This document shows positions 9,187 through 18,676 of a stretch of 64,000 bases of DNA, in pieces. Source of the DNA: Candidatus Latescibacterota bacterium. GTDB lineage: Bacteria; Latescibacterota; UBA2968; UBA8231. How positions within the stretch are numbered: the stretch's first letter is position 1; each line of letters starts with the position of its first letter. The stretch covers positions 1,632,001 to 1,696,000 of the forward strand of contig CBDFJF010000002.1 of assembly GCA_965248265.1 (NCBI GenBank), in the 5' to 3' direction. Under the pieces are notes generated by a model that was not told where the DNA came from, made no database searches, and saw only the letters and a list, made by a program, of their open reading frames with translations. The translations under genes were made by a program, and so were the position numbers.

Positions 9187-11475
9187 ATGCGTCTCTGGTC
9201 GCTCGCCTCATCACTCATATTGATCGCCCTCATACTCTCAGGGACGGGACGGGTCTGCGCGGGGGACTGGTCCGGGCGCGTCATCGATTCCGAGACTGGT
9301 CAACCCGTGGGCGGGGCCAATGGCGTTATCGTCGGCACCATGTTCGCAGAGCAAACTGACGAAGATGGTCGCTTCCTCTTCGCTGACCTGCCAGGGGGTC
9401 GCTACGACCTGATCGTTTCTCACGTCGGTTTCCGCTCTCACAAACTGACTTCCGTGGCCGTGCCCGAGCAGGGAACGGCGGAGGTCGATATTGAACTGAT
9501 CGCCGATCCACTGGTGCTTGCCGATGTCGTGGTCTCCGCCACGCGCACGGCACAGCAGGTGGAGCGCGCCCCGGTCAGTATGTCCGTCCTCGACCAGCAG
9601 GAACTGGCCAGCTACAACACAATCAATATAGCGGATCCGCTGGACCACCTGCCGGGTGTGGTCAAGATCGGCAGCCAGATGAACATCCGCGGTTCCAGCG
9701 GCTACAGCCGGGGCACCGGGAGCAGAGTACTGCTGCTGATGGATGGATTCCCGATGCTGTCAGCCGATAACGGGGACATCAAGTGGGATATCGTTCCCGT
9801 CGACGAAGTGGCACGCGTGGAGGTCGTGAAAGGGGCTGGATCGGCACTCTATGGCACAGGCGCGTTGGGTGGCGTCGTCAACGTGATTACCCGCCGGCCA
9901 CAGGCACAGCCGCAAACGCGTTTCCGGGCGGTCAGTGGACTCCACAGCCAACCGGCATACCGCAGTTGGCGCTGGCGGGATCAGCCCATGTACATGGCCG
10001 GTTTCGACCTTAGCCACAGCCGTCGAGTGGGTGACACCGACGTGCTGGTTTCGACCGGCGCGAAAAACGGCACCGGGTACCAGGAGAACGGCGACTTTCG
10101 CCGTGTACATCTGTTCGCCAAGGCGGAGCACCGGCTCTCCTCCAGGGTTCTGTGGACCGGTCTGACTACCTACGCCGTCGACGATCACGGTGTATTCCTG
10201 CAATGGAAAGACAGGACGGAGCCGCTGAAGGTGCCGGAAGCGGACCGTTCAGCCTCCACGGTTTCGTGGAAACTCGGCCTGGCCTCGCAGCTGTCGTACC
10301 TGCCCAGCATCGATACCGGCATCGAACTGAGGAATTCCTACTTCCGCACCGACTTCGACAACTCGGACGCAGCGGCCGGCCTGGGTTCGGTGGGACACAA
10401 GATCGGGACGGATTTGCGGCTGGATCACGCCATCGCCGAGAACGCTGACCTGAAGGTCGGTGGTGGCGGGATTATCGACCTGGTGAATTCGCCCGGTGAC
10501 TTTCTCGGACGCCGCAGCGCTGCTAATCTCGCCATGTACAGCCAGCTGACCTACGAGCCGAGTCCGGTAGCCGAGGTCCTGCTCGGCCTCCGTTACGACG
10601 CTTACCAGCGCAGTGCTGGCGAAGCTTCGGCGACGAATTCTCTGTGTGGTGGGGAGTTCGCCATCGGCGACAACGGCGACAGGAGGGAGCACCAACTGAG
10701 TCCTCAGCTGGGTCTTACGATGCAACCTCTGTCTGCAACATGGCTGCGAGCCTCAGTGAGCCGGGGCTTCCGGTCGCCGTCGGTGACGGAGGTTCATGCT
10801 CAAGCCGATGCTGCCGGGATCCTGGTGTGCCCGAATCCGGATCTGGGCTCTGAACGCAGCCGCTCCTTCGAGGTTGGTGCCAGGCAGCGGATCGGCTCCC
10901 TGGCGAGTGTTGATCTGGCCCTCTTCTGGAATACCTACGACGGCTTGATTGAGGCGAGACCCGAGCCGTTGGAGGACAGCGGTGTCGCCCGCGCCCGCTT
11001 TCGCAACATCTCTCGTGCTCGCGTCCGCGGTATCGAGGTCGAGCAGAGAGCGACGCTGCCCCGTGGGTTGCAGTTGAAGGTCGCCTACACCTACCTCGAC
11101 GCAATCGAGTTCCTGGAGGACGGCACACCGCTGCCGCCCTTCTGCCAGGAGGGCTTGGTGCCGGGTGAGGAAGCCCCTCTGCCCTTCCGCCCGCGCCACG
11201 CGGCCAGCGCGGGGTTGGCCAGCTTTCTTGGCAGCTACCGCGGTGGAATTGACTTCCGTTACATGAGCCGTTTCGAACGGGTCTCCGGACTGTTCGCCGA
11301 ATGTGACCGCGATCATCTTCCGGTGTACCTGGTGGATGTATTCGCCGGCCGCTCCCTCGGCAGGTTGCAGCTCACCCTGCGGGTCGACAATCTTCTGCAG
11401 TACCACTACCTGCTCACGGAGCGGAAAGTCAGGCCGACACGCACATTGACGTTCGCTGTCAGTGGCGACCTGTGA
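9187..11475 (+). CDS. TonB-dependent receptor with N-terminal carboxypeptidase-regulatory-like domain
   Basis: Signal peptide, VVVSATR, plug motif RVEVVKGAGSALYGTGALGGVVNVITR, barrel C-terminus with VDNLL. Confidence 0.93.
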   Translation: MRLWSLASSLILIALILSGTGRVCAGDWSGRVIDSETGQPVGGANGVIVGTMFAEQTDEDGRFLFADLPGGRYDLIVSHVGFRSHKLTSVAVPEQGTAEVDIELIADPLVLADVVVSATRTAQQVERAPVSMSVLDQQELASYNTINIADPLDHLPGVVKIGSQMNIRGSSGYSRGTGSRVLLLMDGFPMLSADNGDIKWDIVPVDEVARVEVVKGAGSALYGTGALGGVVNVITRRPQAQPQTRFRAVSGLHSQPAYRSWRWRDQPMYMAGFDLSHSRRVGDTDVLVSTGAKNGTGYQENGDFRRVHLFAKAEHRLSSRVLWTGLTTYAVDDHGVFLQWKDRTEPLKVPEADRSASTVSWKLGLASQLSYLPSIDTGIELRNSYFRTDFDNSDAAAGLGSVGHKIGTDLRLDHAIAENADLKVGGGGIIDLVNSPGDFLGRRSAANLAMYSQLTYEPSPVAEVLLGLRYDAYQRSAGEASATNSLCGGEFAIGDNGDRREHQLSPQLGLTMQPLSATWLRASVSRGFRSPSVTEVHAQADAAGILVCPNPDLGSERSRSFEVGARQRIGSLASVDLALFWNTYDGLIEARPEPLEDSGVARARFRNISRARVRGIEVEQRATLPRGLQLKVAYTYLDAIEFLEDGTPLPPFCQEGLVPGEEAPLPFRPRHAASAGLASFLGSYRGGIDFRYMSRFERVSGLFAECDRDHLPVYLVDVFAGRSLGRLQLTLRVDNLLQYHYLLTERKVRPTRTLTFAVSGDL

Positions 11476-11588
11476 GAACGGATTCTTACCAATCAATAGC
11501 GGCCTGATGGTCTGCCAGCATAGGGTTCGGGTGACCGACCTCACGTTTGGCAAAGCACCCAGGGATTAGGTTCCTAGGCGGCAGGCGA

Positions 11589-11626
11589 TTTTCGACTATC
11601 GAAAACGCACCATTCCGACTTATACT
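11589..11626 (+). promoter_or_regulatory. Palindromic operator over the -35 region and a TATACT -10 for the OmpA gene
   Basis: TTTTCGA-CTA-TCGAAAA (11589-11605); TATACT at 11621-11626. Confidence 0.45.
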
Positions 11627-11694
11627 GTCGAGTCCAGTAGTTTCTGAGGGAGGACAATCCAACCGATGCATGGCGCATCGTGGGAAGGCAACCG

Positions 11695-12768
11695 ATGAAA
11701 AGTCTACACCAACGAATAGTACACGGTACACTGACCATCGCACTGTGCATTCTCGCTCTGCCCGTCAATACCCTGTCCCAGACCGAGGGTGGTTTCAGCC
11801 TGGGGCTGCGGGCAGGAGGGTTGAAAGGCAGCACCGAACTCACGGACAAGGCCAATGTGCAGGCTGGCCTGGCCCTGCGACATCCACTGAGCGGCCGACT
11901 GCTGTGGGAGTTGGATGCTGGGTTTGCCAAACTTGACGGTTCCAGCTACGCCACCAACATGGCGATGGGGGAGCTGCGATTTCTATTCGCGAAGCGCTCA
12001 GGCCGGGTGCGGCCCTTGGTCTACGTGGGGGCGGGAGCCACACGCTACACCCTCAAGACTTCCCCGCCCGAACGAACTGCCGACGTCGACCCCCTCGGGA
12101 CCGCAGGCATCGTCCCCGCTGGACTGGGCCTCCAGTTCGTGCTCGGAAATTCAGCCGCCCTCGAGATCCTGGGTGGGTATACCTATTCGCTGGTTGACGA
12201 TCTCAATGGTGCGACCACCGAAAAGGGCAACGACTCCTTCTTGGGACTGACCGTCGGTCTGACCTTCGGCAACTTCGGTCCCGGCGAGCGTGAAGAGCCT
12301 GCGTTGGAGGTGCCGTCGCCGCCTGTTGTTCTGCCTCCAGTTGAAATCAAGCCTGAATTCGAGGTGGTCGAGCCGATTGAAGAGCCGCCACCTGAGCCGG
12401 TCGTCGTGACGCCACCCGAGATCGTGGAGGAGATGCCGGCGCCACCTGGACTGGTCCTGGCCCCCGTGTACTTCGCCACCGGCAGTGCCAGGGTAGGCCC
12501 CAATGGCAGGAGCTTGATCGCCGAGTTCGTGAAGACGATTGAAGACCACGAAGTGGTTCTGCTGGAGGTGCGGGGCTATGCTGACACCAGGGGATCACGG
12601 GGTCGGAACCTGAGGTTGGCGATGCAGCGTGCAGCGGCGGTGAAGGCGGTCCTGGTGGATGAGGGCATCGACGGGTGGCAGATCACCATCCTGGCCATAG
12701 GCGAGACCCCGCCGTTGGAGGAAGGAATCTGGCACAGCCGCCGAGTGGAGATCGTGCCAGTTGAATAG
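11695..12768 (+). CDS. OmpA family protein (beta-barrel, Pro/Glu linker, OmpA C-terminal domain)
   Basis: VYFATGS, GYADTRG, NLRLAMQRA, RRVEI. Confidence 0.88.
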   Translation: MKSLHQRIVHGTLTIALCILALPVNTLSQTEGGFSLGLRAGGLKGSTELTDKANVQAGLALRHPLSGRLLWELDAGFAKLDGSSYATNMAMGELRFLFAKRSGRVRPLVYVGAGATRYTLKTSPPERTADVDPLGTAGIVPAGLGLQFVLGNSAALEILGGYTYSLVDDLNGATTEKGNDSFLGLTVGLTFGNFGPGEREEPALEVPSPPVVLPPVEIKPEFEVVEPIEEPPPEPVVVTPPEIVEEMPAPPGLVLAPVYFATGSARVGPNGRSLIAEFVKTIEDHEVVLLEVRGYADTRGSRGRNLRLAMQRAAAVKAVLVDEGIDGWQITILAIGETPPLEEGIWHSRRVEIVPVE

Positions 12769-14146
12769 CATCGATCAACATCACCTGCTGACGGATCAGC
12801 AGATGCAGCAGTTCATACGGAAGGGGTATATCGCCGTCAGCATCGATATCCCGCCCGCCTTTCACCAGTCCATCCGACGGCAGATGGATGATCTGCTGGA
12901 GCAGGAGCCGAATCCCGGCAACAATCTGCTGCCTCGCATTCCCGACCTGGCTCAGATCTATGAGGATGATGCCGTCGTGGGTGCGCTTCAAAGCATTCTG
13001 GGTCCGGATTACCAGATGGAGGATCACCGTTATCCCCACGTTAACCAACCCGGTAGCGAGCCACAGAAAATTCACAAGGATGGTGCGCAGCGTGGCGACC
13101 ATCGGGTGCGCCATGCCTTCGGTTTCTATTATCCCCAGGACACACCGGAGACCCTCGGACCGACGGGTGTTTTGCCGGGAAGTCAGTACTTCAGCGAGCA
13201 ACCGCAAATCCCGGTGTTGCCACTGGTCGCCGAGATGGGTGTCGTCATCATCGCACACTACGAGATCTTCCATCTGGCGACAGCCAACCAGGAGGACCGT
13301 GCCCGCTACATGATGAAGTTCCAGTTCACGAGGACGGATGAACCGGAGACCCCATCATGGAATCTTGCTGAGCCGGAGTGGAAAACGGACAGCCGGATGC
13401 ACCAGGCCATCTGGGGGTGGCATCTGGGCGGCGGATCGCCCAATGGGGGCGGTCCGTCCAATGCTGAAGAGTTGGATCGAGATGTGCTGACGAGACAGCT
13501 CGCCGATCCGTCGGAGGCGGTGCGCAACGAGGCCGCCTATAGCCTCGCCGTGCTGGCCGGTCAGAATGATGACGTCATCGATGATCTGGTGAGTGCGTTG
13601 AAGGGTGCAGACAACAAGGCCGCGCAAAGTGCCGTGTACGGTCTTGCTGCAATTGGCGCTGCTGCGGTCGAGCGCTTGGTCCCGTTGTTGGATGATGCCG
13701 ATGATGACATCGTTCGCTTCGCCGTTCATGCGCTTGGCGAGATGGGAACGGCGGCGGCGGATGCGGAAGCGGCGTTGCGTGGCAGGCTCGCCAATGAGGA
13801 TGCGACCATTCGGTGTCGGGCAGCGGAGGCCCTGGGGAACTGCCAGGGATCGCAGCCGAATCAGACAATACCGGCGTTGATTGAGCTTCTCGACGATCCA
13901 GACAAGGGCGTGCCTCGAGTGGCGGCGGCTTCAATCAACAGGCTGGCGGGTCATCCTGAGACGGATGCTTCGACCGCTGTGATTCAGGATCTCAAGCGGG
14001 CGCTGTCCAACGACGATCGGTACGTGCGCGGGTTAGCTGCCAAAGCACTCCAGCGCTTGGGCACACCGGAGGCGATGGGGATCGTCATCGATTGGCTGCA
14101 GGTGTCGCGGTGGTGTCCGCTGACGACGGCCAAGAGTCCGTTTTAG
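12761..14146 (+). CDS. Phytanoyl-CoA dioxygenase (PhyH)-like domain fused to HEAT repeats
   Basis: FIRKGY, HKD iron ligand, GPTGVLPGS, distal His; C-terminal repeats VR..AA..L. Confidence 0.85.
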   Translation: MNSIDQHHLLTDQQMQQFIRKGYIAVSIDIPPAFHQSIRRQMDDLLEQEPNPGNNLLPRIPDLAQIYEDDAVVGALQSILGPDYQMEDHRYPHVNQPGSEPQKIHKDGAQRGDHRVRHAFGFYYPQDTPETLGPTGVLPGSQYFSEQPQIPVLPLVAEMGVVIIAHYEIFHLATANQEDRARYMMKFQFTRTDEPETPSWNLAEPEWKTDSRMHQAIWGWHLGGGSPNGGGPSNAEELDRDVLTRQLADPSEAVRNEAAYSLAVLAGQNDDVIDDLVSALKGADNKAAQSAVYGLAAIGAAAVERLVPLLDDADDDIVRFAVHALGEMGTAAADAEAALRGRLANEDATIRCRAAEALGNCQGSQPNQTIPALIELLDDPDKGVPRVAAASINRLAGHPETDASTAVIQDLKRALSNDDRYVRGLAAKALQRLGTPEAMGIVIDWLQVSRWCPLTTAKSPF

Positions 14147-14151
14147 CTGCT

Positions 14152-15363
14152 TCAAGCGCTGCGGAAGATGGCGCTTTCCCTCCCGAACATTTTCGAACAC
14201 ACCAGCAGACTCAGCGCGGCCAGGGCGATCAACGAGGCGTAGACCATGGCCAGCAGTGGCGCCGTGGCCGCTCCGGCGATAATAGCCTTGATCGCCATCG
14301 AGACATTGAGGATTGGAATCAGGGAGGTCGTCGTGCTCAGCTCCATGCCCGGGACCACGCCCGCATAGACGGGTATGATCGAAACCATGATCAACGGCAT
14401 CAATAGGCTCTGGGCTTCCTTGAAGGATTTGGCATAGATCGAAAGGGAAAGGGCTACGGCGGCGAAAAAGATCGTCAGTGGCAGCAGCAGGGAGAACACG
14501 GCGAGGATTGTGGTCCATTCCAGCACGGCGGCGATTCCGGTCTGCACCTGCTCAGGTATCTGGGCCACCGAGCGAAAACCGATATAGAGTCCGAACATGG
14601 AAACGCCGGCGCTGAAAAACCCGTTGCCGACTACGACGATGAATTTCCCGATCAGAATCTGAAGCCTTGTTGCCGGGCACGTCAGCAGGGTTTCCAGCGT
14701 GCCGCGTTCCTTCTCTCCGGCGGCCAGGTCGGTGGCCGGGTGCAGACAACCTGTCAGCGAAAAGATGATGAACAGGTAGGGCAGGAACCCGCCAATGAGA
14801 CCGGCAAGCCGCTCCTTTTCGGACGCCAGATTGTGTTGGGCGATCTCCAGCGGCTCGAGGTCTTTTGGGTCGATTCCAAGCGTGACGAGCCGGCGCTCGT
14901 ACAACCGGTCCTTGTAGGTATCCAGCATGCCAATGATGCGCCCTTTTTCGACGCGTCCTTTGTCTGTCTCTTTGAAGTAGACGGACACCTGTGCAGGCAC
15001 GCCACGTTCGAGCTGATCGTCAAAGTCCGGATCGAAGTGAATGATGGCATCGACGTCCTCTGCTTCGACGAGCTCGCGGCCTTCCTCGAGGGAAACATCC
15101 TCACGCAGTTCAATCGTACCCGCATCACTAGGTTGGTCTATTTCATCCTGGAGAATCTGTCGAAACTCTGAGGCGCCTCCATTGCTGATCAGCGCAACCG
15201 TGAGGGTGCGCTGTTGGGCCTTCTCGTGCTGAGTCGTGATCACCTTCTCCATGACGTTGAATAGGATCGGAAACAGCAGCAGTGGCACCACGAGATTCGT
15301 AATGAGGGTGCGCCGGTCGCGGACGATGTCGAGGAATTCCTTCCTGGCCAGGGTGAAGATCAT
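14152..15363 (-). CDS. natB: ABC transporter permease, NatB-like
   Basis: RDRRTL, AGEKERGTLETLL, AKSFKEAQS. Confidence 0.85.
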   Translation of the reverse strand: MIFTLARKEFLDIVRDRRTLITNLVVPLLLFPILFNVMEKVITTQHEKAQQRTLTVALISNGGASEFRQILQDEIDQPSDAGTIELREDVSLEEGRELVEAEDVDAIIHFDPDFDDQLERGVPAQVSVYFKETDKGRVEKGRIIGMLDTYKDRLYERRLVTLGIDPKDLEPLEIAQHNLASEKERLAGLIGGFLPYLFIIFSLTGCLHPATDLAAGEKERGTLETLLTCPATRLQILIGKFIVVVGNGFFSAGVSMFGLYIGFRSVAQIPEQVQTGIAAVLEWTTILAVFSLLLPLTIFFAAVALSLSIYAKSFKEAQSLLMPLIMVSIIPVYAGVVPGMELSTTTSLIPILNVSMAIKAIIAGAATAPLLAMVYASLIALAALSLLVCSKMFGRESAIFRSA

Positions 15364-16133
15364 GCCGGCGGCTCCTCGATGTAGCGGATGAATTCCTCTT
15401 CCATGGAATCACTTGCCGCATGAGCACGGAAGTCCTCGTAGGTGCCGTTGTACGACAGGGCACCCTTGTGGATGATCGCCAGATCGTCACTGAGCAGGCT
15501 GACCTCGCCCATGATGTGGGTGGAAAAGATGACGGTCTTGCCCTGCTCGCGGCAGCGGCGGATCATGTCGATGATGGTCCGCGAGGTGATCACGTCGAGG
15601 CCGACCGTAGGCTCGTCGAAGACGACGACTTGAGGGTCGTGGATCATCGTCCGCGCGATCGAGACTTTCTGGGTCATGCCGGTGGACAGCTTGCCGATGC
15701 GCTTGCTGGCGAAGTCGTGCATGTCGAGAGTGGTGAAAAGCTCATCCGCGCGTGCTTCAAAGGTGGCTGCGTCAACGCCATGAACATCGGCGTAGAACTT
15801 GACGACCTCTTTTGGCGTTAGCCGGTCGTAGAGTTTCGTCGAGCCGGTGAGAAAACCGATATGCCGGCGCACCTGAACGGCATCGCTGACGGAGTCATGC
15901 CCGCAAACTGTAATGGTGCCGGATGAGGGCTTCATTAGCGTCGCGATCATCCGCAGGGTTGTGGTCTTGCCAGCGCCGTTGGGACCCAACAGTGTAAAGA
16001 TGCGGCCTGGCCGACAGCTGAGAGAGATTCCCGCCACGGCGTGGGCGTAGCCGCCCTCGTGCTCGGAGCCGATCTCCTTCCTCTGCCGGCGCGACAGCTT
16101 GAAGGTTTTGAACAGGTCGCGGATGTCGATCAT
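15360..16133 (-). CDS. natA: ABC transporter ATP-binding protein, NatA-like
   Basis: GPNGAGKTT, LSTGMTQK, DEPTVGLD; ATGA overlap with the permease. Confidence 0.88.
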   Translation of the reverse strand: MIDIRDLFKTFKLSRRQRKEIGSEHEGGYAHAVAGISLSCRPGRIFTLLGPNGAGKTTTLRMIATLMKPSSGTITVCGHDSVSDAVQVRRHIGFLTGSTKLYDRLTPKEVVKFYADVHGVDAATFEARADELFTTLDMHDFASKRIGKLSTGMTQKVSIARTMIHDPQVVVFDEPTVGLDVITSRTIIDMIRRCREQGKTVIFSTHIMGEVSLLSDDLAIIHKGALSYNGTYEDFRAHAASDSMEEEFIRYIEEPPA

Positions 16134-16249
16134 TGGCGCTGGTTAGGTGATCTGGGGGTAGTGGGTGGCTCGGGTTCAGGCGAGCAATAATACGATGTCG
16201 ACAGGTCTGCGACCACATCGACAGACGGGTTGCGCAAAACAGCCCACAA

Positions 16250-16359
16250 CTGGAATTCTGCGGCAGAACCTCGTATCGAAGACGGGCATCTGGTTATTCC
16301 GTGTGCCCCCGGGGTTCGGCGTGGAGTTGGCCGATGATCTTGAGGAGAGGTTTCCGTAA
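16250..16359 (+). pseudogene. C-terminal remnant of a mandelate racemase/enolase-family gene
   Basis: Across frameshifts reads GILRQ/RIEDGHLVIP/PGFGVELADDLEERFP*, the typical MR-family C-terminus. Confidence 0.5.
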
Positions 16360-16401
16360 ATCGAGGGATCTTGGGCGGAGAAGGTTGAGAGGTAAAGAGG
16401 G

Positions 16402-17118
16402 TCAGCAGTTCAGCAGATACATGACGAAGGGAGCGCTGGCCACCAAGGCGTTGCCAGCGCCATGGAAGACGACACATAGCAGAAGTTTTCCTGTTTTTTC
16501 GTATATGAATGCGCCCAAAAGGCCAAACAGAACGATGCTTACTGCGTGCGACCAAGTTATTCCTGTGGTCCCAATAACGATTAGATCGATGAATTTGATA
16601 TGCCAAATCAAGAAAATGGTCGTCGATATCGCATATGCGCGGATTCGTCCAATGGCTAACAGGGATCCAAAGCACACACCACGAAAAAGCGTCTCCTCGA
16701 TCAGGGGCAGTATCAACGACAAATTGAGGGCATCAAGAAGTACGAATGCTACATAGCCGTCGTGTCCAAAGTAGGTGGGCAAACTGGTCGCCTGAGCGAG
16801 TCCGCGAATGCTCAAAACGATTCCAAGCAATCCGAACTTGAGGCTCTCCCCAATGCGAGGCAGTTGCTCCAACAGAAGCTTCTTCAGATCGATGTGGCCT
16901 ACCTCCTTCAAAACGAGCAGGAGTAGGCAGAAGAGCAGGATGTCCAGTGTGTTGCTGATCGCCACTTCTCGTACTGTCGTAAGAGAGAGGCCTATTCCAG
17001 ACATGGAATTGAGTGCGATTTCCCCAAGGCGCAGCGCGACGAAGAGACAGAGCGTTAGTACAAGACCGCGGGGATGATCGACTAACGGGTCCTGTATACT
17101 GTAGAAAGCACTTCTCAT
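16402..17118 (-). CDS. CPBP (CAAX/Abi) intramembrane metalloprotease
   Basis: EETLFRG, F..WH and H..GN motifs; multiple TM segments; lower GC than flanks. Confidence 0.85.
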   Translation of the reverse strand: MRSAFYSIQDPLVDHPRGLVLTLCLFVALRLGEIALNSMSGIGLSLTTVREVAISNTLDILLFCLLLLVLKEVGHIDLKKLLLEQLPRIGESLKFGLLGIVLSIRGLAQATSLPTYFGHDGYVAFVLLDALNLSLILPLIEETLFRGVCFGSLLAIGRIRAYAISTTIFLIWHIKFIDLIVIGTTGITWSHAVSIVLFGLLGAFIYEKTGKLLLCVVFHGAGNALVASAPFVMYLLNC

Positions 17119-17189
17119 GGAAGCACCGACAAGCAGATGGGCGTCTTGGTAGAGGTTTGCGAAGGGCTGTGCGTGACTACTGATCGGTA

Positions 17190-17537
17190 CTAGTCGTCTT
17201 TTGCCTCTGCGCGCCGATGAACAATTGAACCCCCAGGCACCGGCACTTTTGTCGTCACGATAACGCTATCTTGTGTTACCTCAACTCGCGGCCCCATAGG
17301 TTCAAACGACACCCTATCCTCTACGCCTCGTCGGGTTTCCACTGAGACGATATCGATGTTACCGTCCGCATTATAATCGTCAAACAACTCCCCTACTATT
17401 TTCTTGGTTCCTTCCCAACCCCTGTATGGACTCGCCGGATCGAGACTGAACCAATCGAGAGCCGCCTCATAGGCATAAACCATGCCTGGAGCGGCCCCAT
17501 AGGGACGTCGTCGGTTTTTCACCAGTTCCATTTTCAC
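17190..17537 (-). CDS. Hypothetical protein
   Basis: AAGGAG RBS before GTG 17537; 115 aa; no recognised motif. Confidence 0.55.
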   Translation of the reverse strand: MKMELVKNRRRPYGAAPGMVYAYEAALDWFSLDPASPYRGWEGTKKIVGELFDDYNADGNIDIVSVETRRGVEDRVSFEPMGPRVEVTQDSVIVTTKVPVPGGSIVHRRAEAKDD

Positions 17538-17804
17538 GTTTTGCAACTCCTTCTTGTAGGGAATGCACAGCCCTCCGCGGCCACAGACGTGTGATAGCAA
17601 GCGGCGGACCAAACGCGTTTGTCTCTGGCGACGGTGGGGAAGGCGACCGATCGTGTTACTTCAGGGCAACATTGCTGGGTGCTTTCGGATACAGACAGCA
17701 AGGCGGGCATGCCTGCTTGCTATCAGTCGATGGTAAAGAGAAACACCACGCGTGCGGACCAGGCAGCCTCCCGTCCCCGGCCATCACGTGTGCAAGAGTT
17801 CAGC

Positions 17805-18581
17805 TCAATCCGGGTTCTCGAGCTTGATAATGGAGAACACGGCGCCCTGGGGATCGGCGAGCACGGCGAAGCGGCCGATTTCGGGGATGTCCTGTGGTTC
17901 CATGTAGATCTGCGCACCTGAGGAGGTCGCCTTTTCGCATGTCGCATCGCAATCTGCGACGGCGAAGTATACGCCCCAATGTGGTGGGACGGCGCCCATC
18001 TCCTCGGAGATCGGCATCAAACCACCGGCTGCGCGTTCGCCGTTCTTGAAGAACGTATACTGGGTTTCGTCGTCCTTCTCGGCGGTCCAGCCGAACATGA
18101 TGGTGTAGAATTTTGTGGCCGCGTCAGTGTCTCTGGTCATCAGTTCGTTCCAGCAGAGGGTGACTGGCTCGTTTACCAGGCCAGCTCCGGGGTGCTGATT
18201 CGGTTGCCACAGCATGAACACGGCGCCGGTAGGATCTTGAATGACCGCCATGCGTCCGGCTTCCATCACGTCGAAGGGTTCGCCCATAACGGTCGCGCCC
18301 AGTTCAGTGCAGCGGCGGGCAGCCTCGTCGGCGTTGTCGACCTTGATATAGCTGTTCCAATGTGGTGGAATGCCCGCTTGCTCTTCTCCCTGTTGGAAGA
18401 GTCCGGCAATTTCCTGGTCCTTGACTTTGGCCAGTGCGTACGAGCCGCCATCGGGGATGGGCACACTGTCGAAGCTCCAGTCGAACAGCTCGCTGTAAAA
18501 CTTCATCGCCCCATCGGGGTCGCTGGTGGCAAGATCGGTCCAGTTGAAGGTTCCTTCGGGGTACTCCTGCATCGCAGTCAT
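17805..18581 (-). CDS. Tandem VOC/glyoxalase family protein
   Basis: Two VOC domains (WTDLATSD..FY; WNELMTRD..FY; GRFAVLADPQGA). Confidence 0.92.
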   Translation of the reverse strand: MTAMQEYPEGTFNWTDLATSDPDGAMKFYSELFDWSFDSVPIPDGGSYALAKVKDQEIAGLFQQGEEQAGIPPHWNSYIKVDNADEAARRCTELGATVMGEPFDVMEAGRMAVIQDPTGAVFMLWQPNQHPGAGLVNEPVTLCWNELMTRDTDAATKFYTIMFGWTAEKDDETQYTFFKNGERAAGGLMPISEEMGAVPPHWGVYFAVADCDATCEKATSSGAQIYMEPQDIPEIGRFAVLADPQGAVFSIIKLENPD

Positions 18582-18633
18582 CTTGTTCTCCTATATGGTC
18601 GTCGGCACCGTCAGCAGTGTTCCATTCGGCAAT

Positions 18634-18662
18634 ATCCTATCCGGCCGATGCTACCGTCGCAA
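18634..18662 (-). promoter_or_regulatory. Putative sigma70 promoter of the VOC gene
   Basis: TTGCGA-N17-TAGGAT. Confidence 0.5.
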
Positions 18663-18676
18663 GCGAAAAATCGCCG

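Noticed and set aside
11520-11585. c-di-GMP riboswitch-like GGCAAA segment upstream of ompA
   Set aside because: The required GAAA tetraloop, receptor and second stem are not evident
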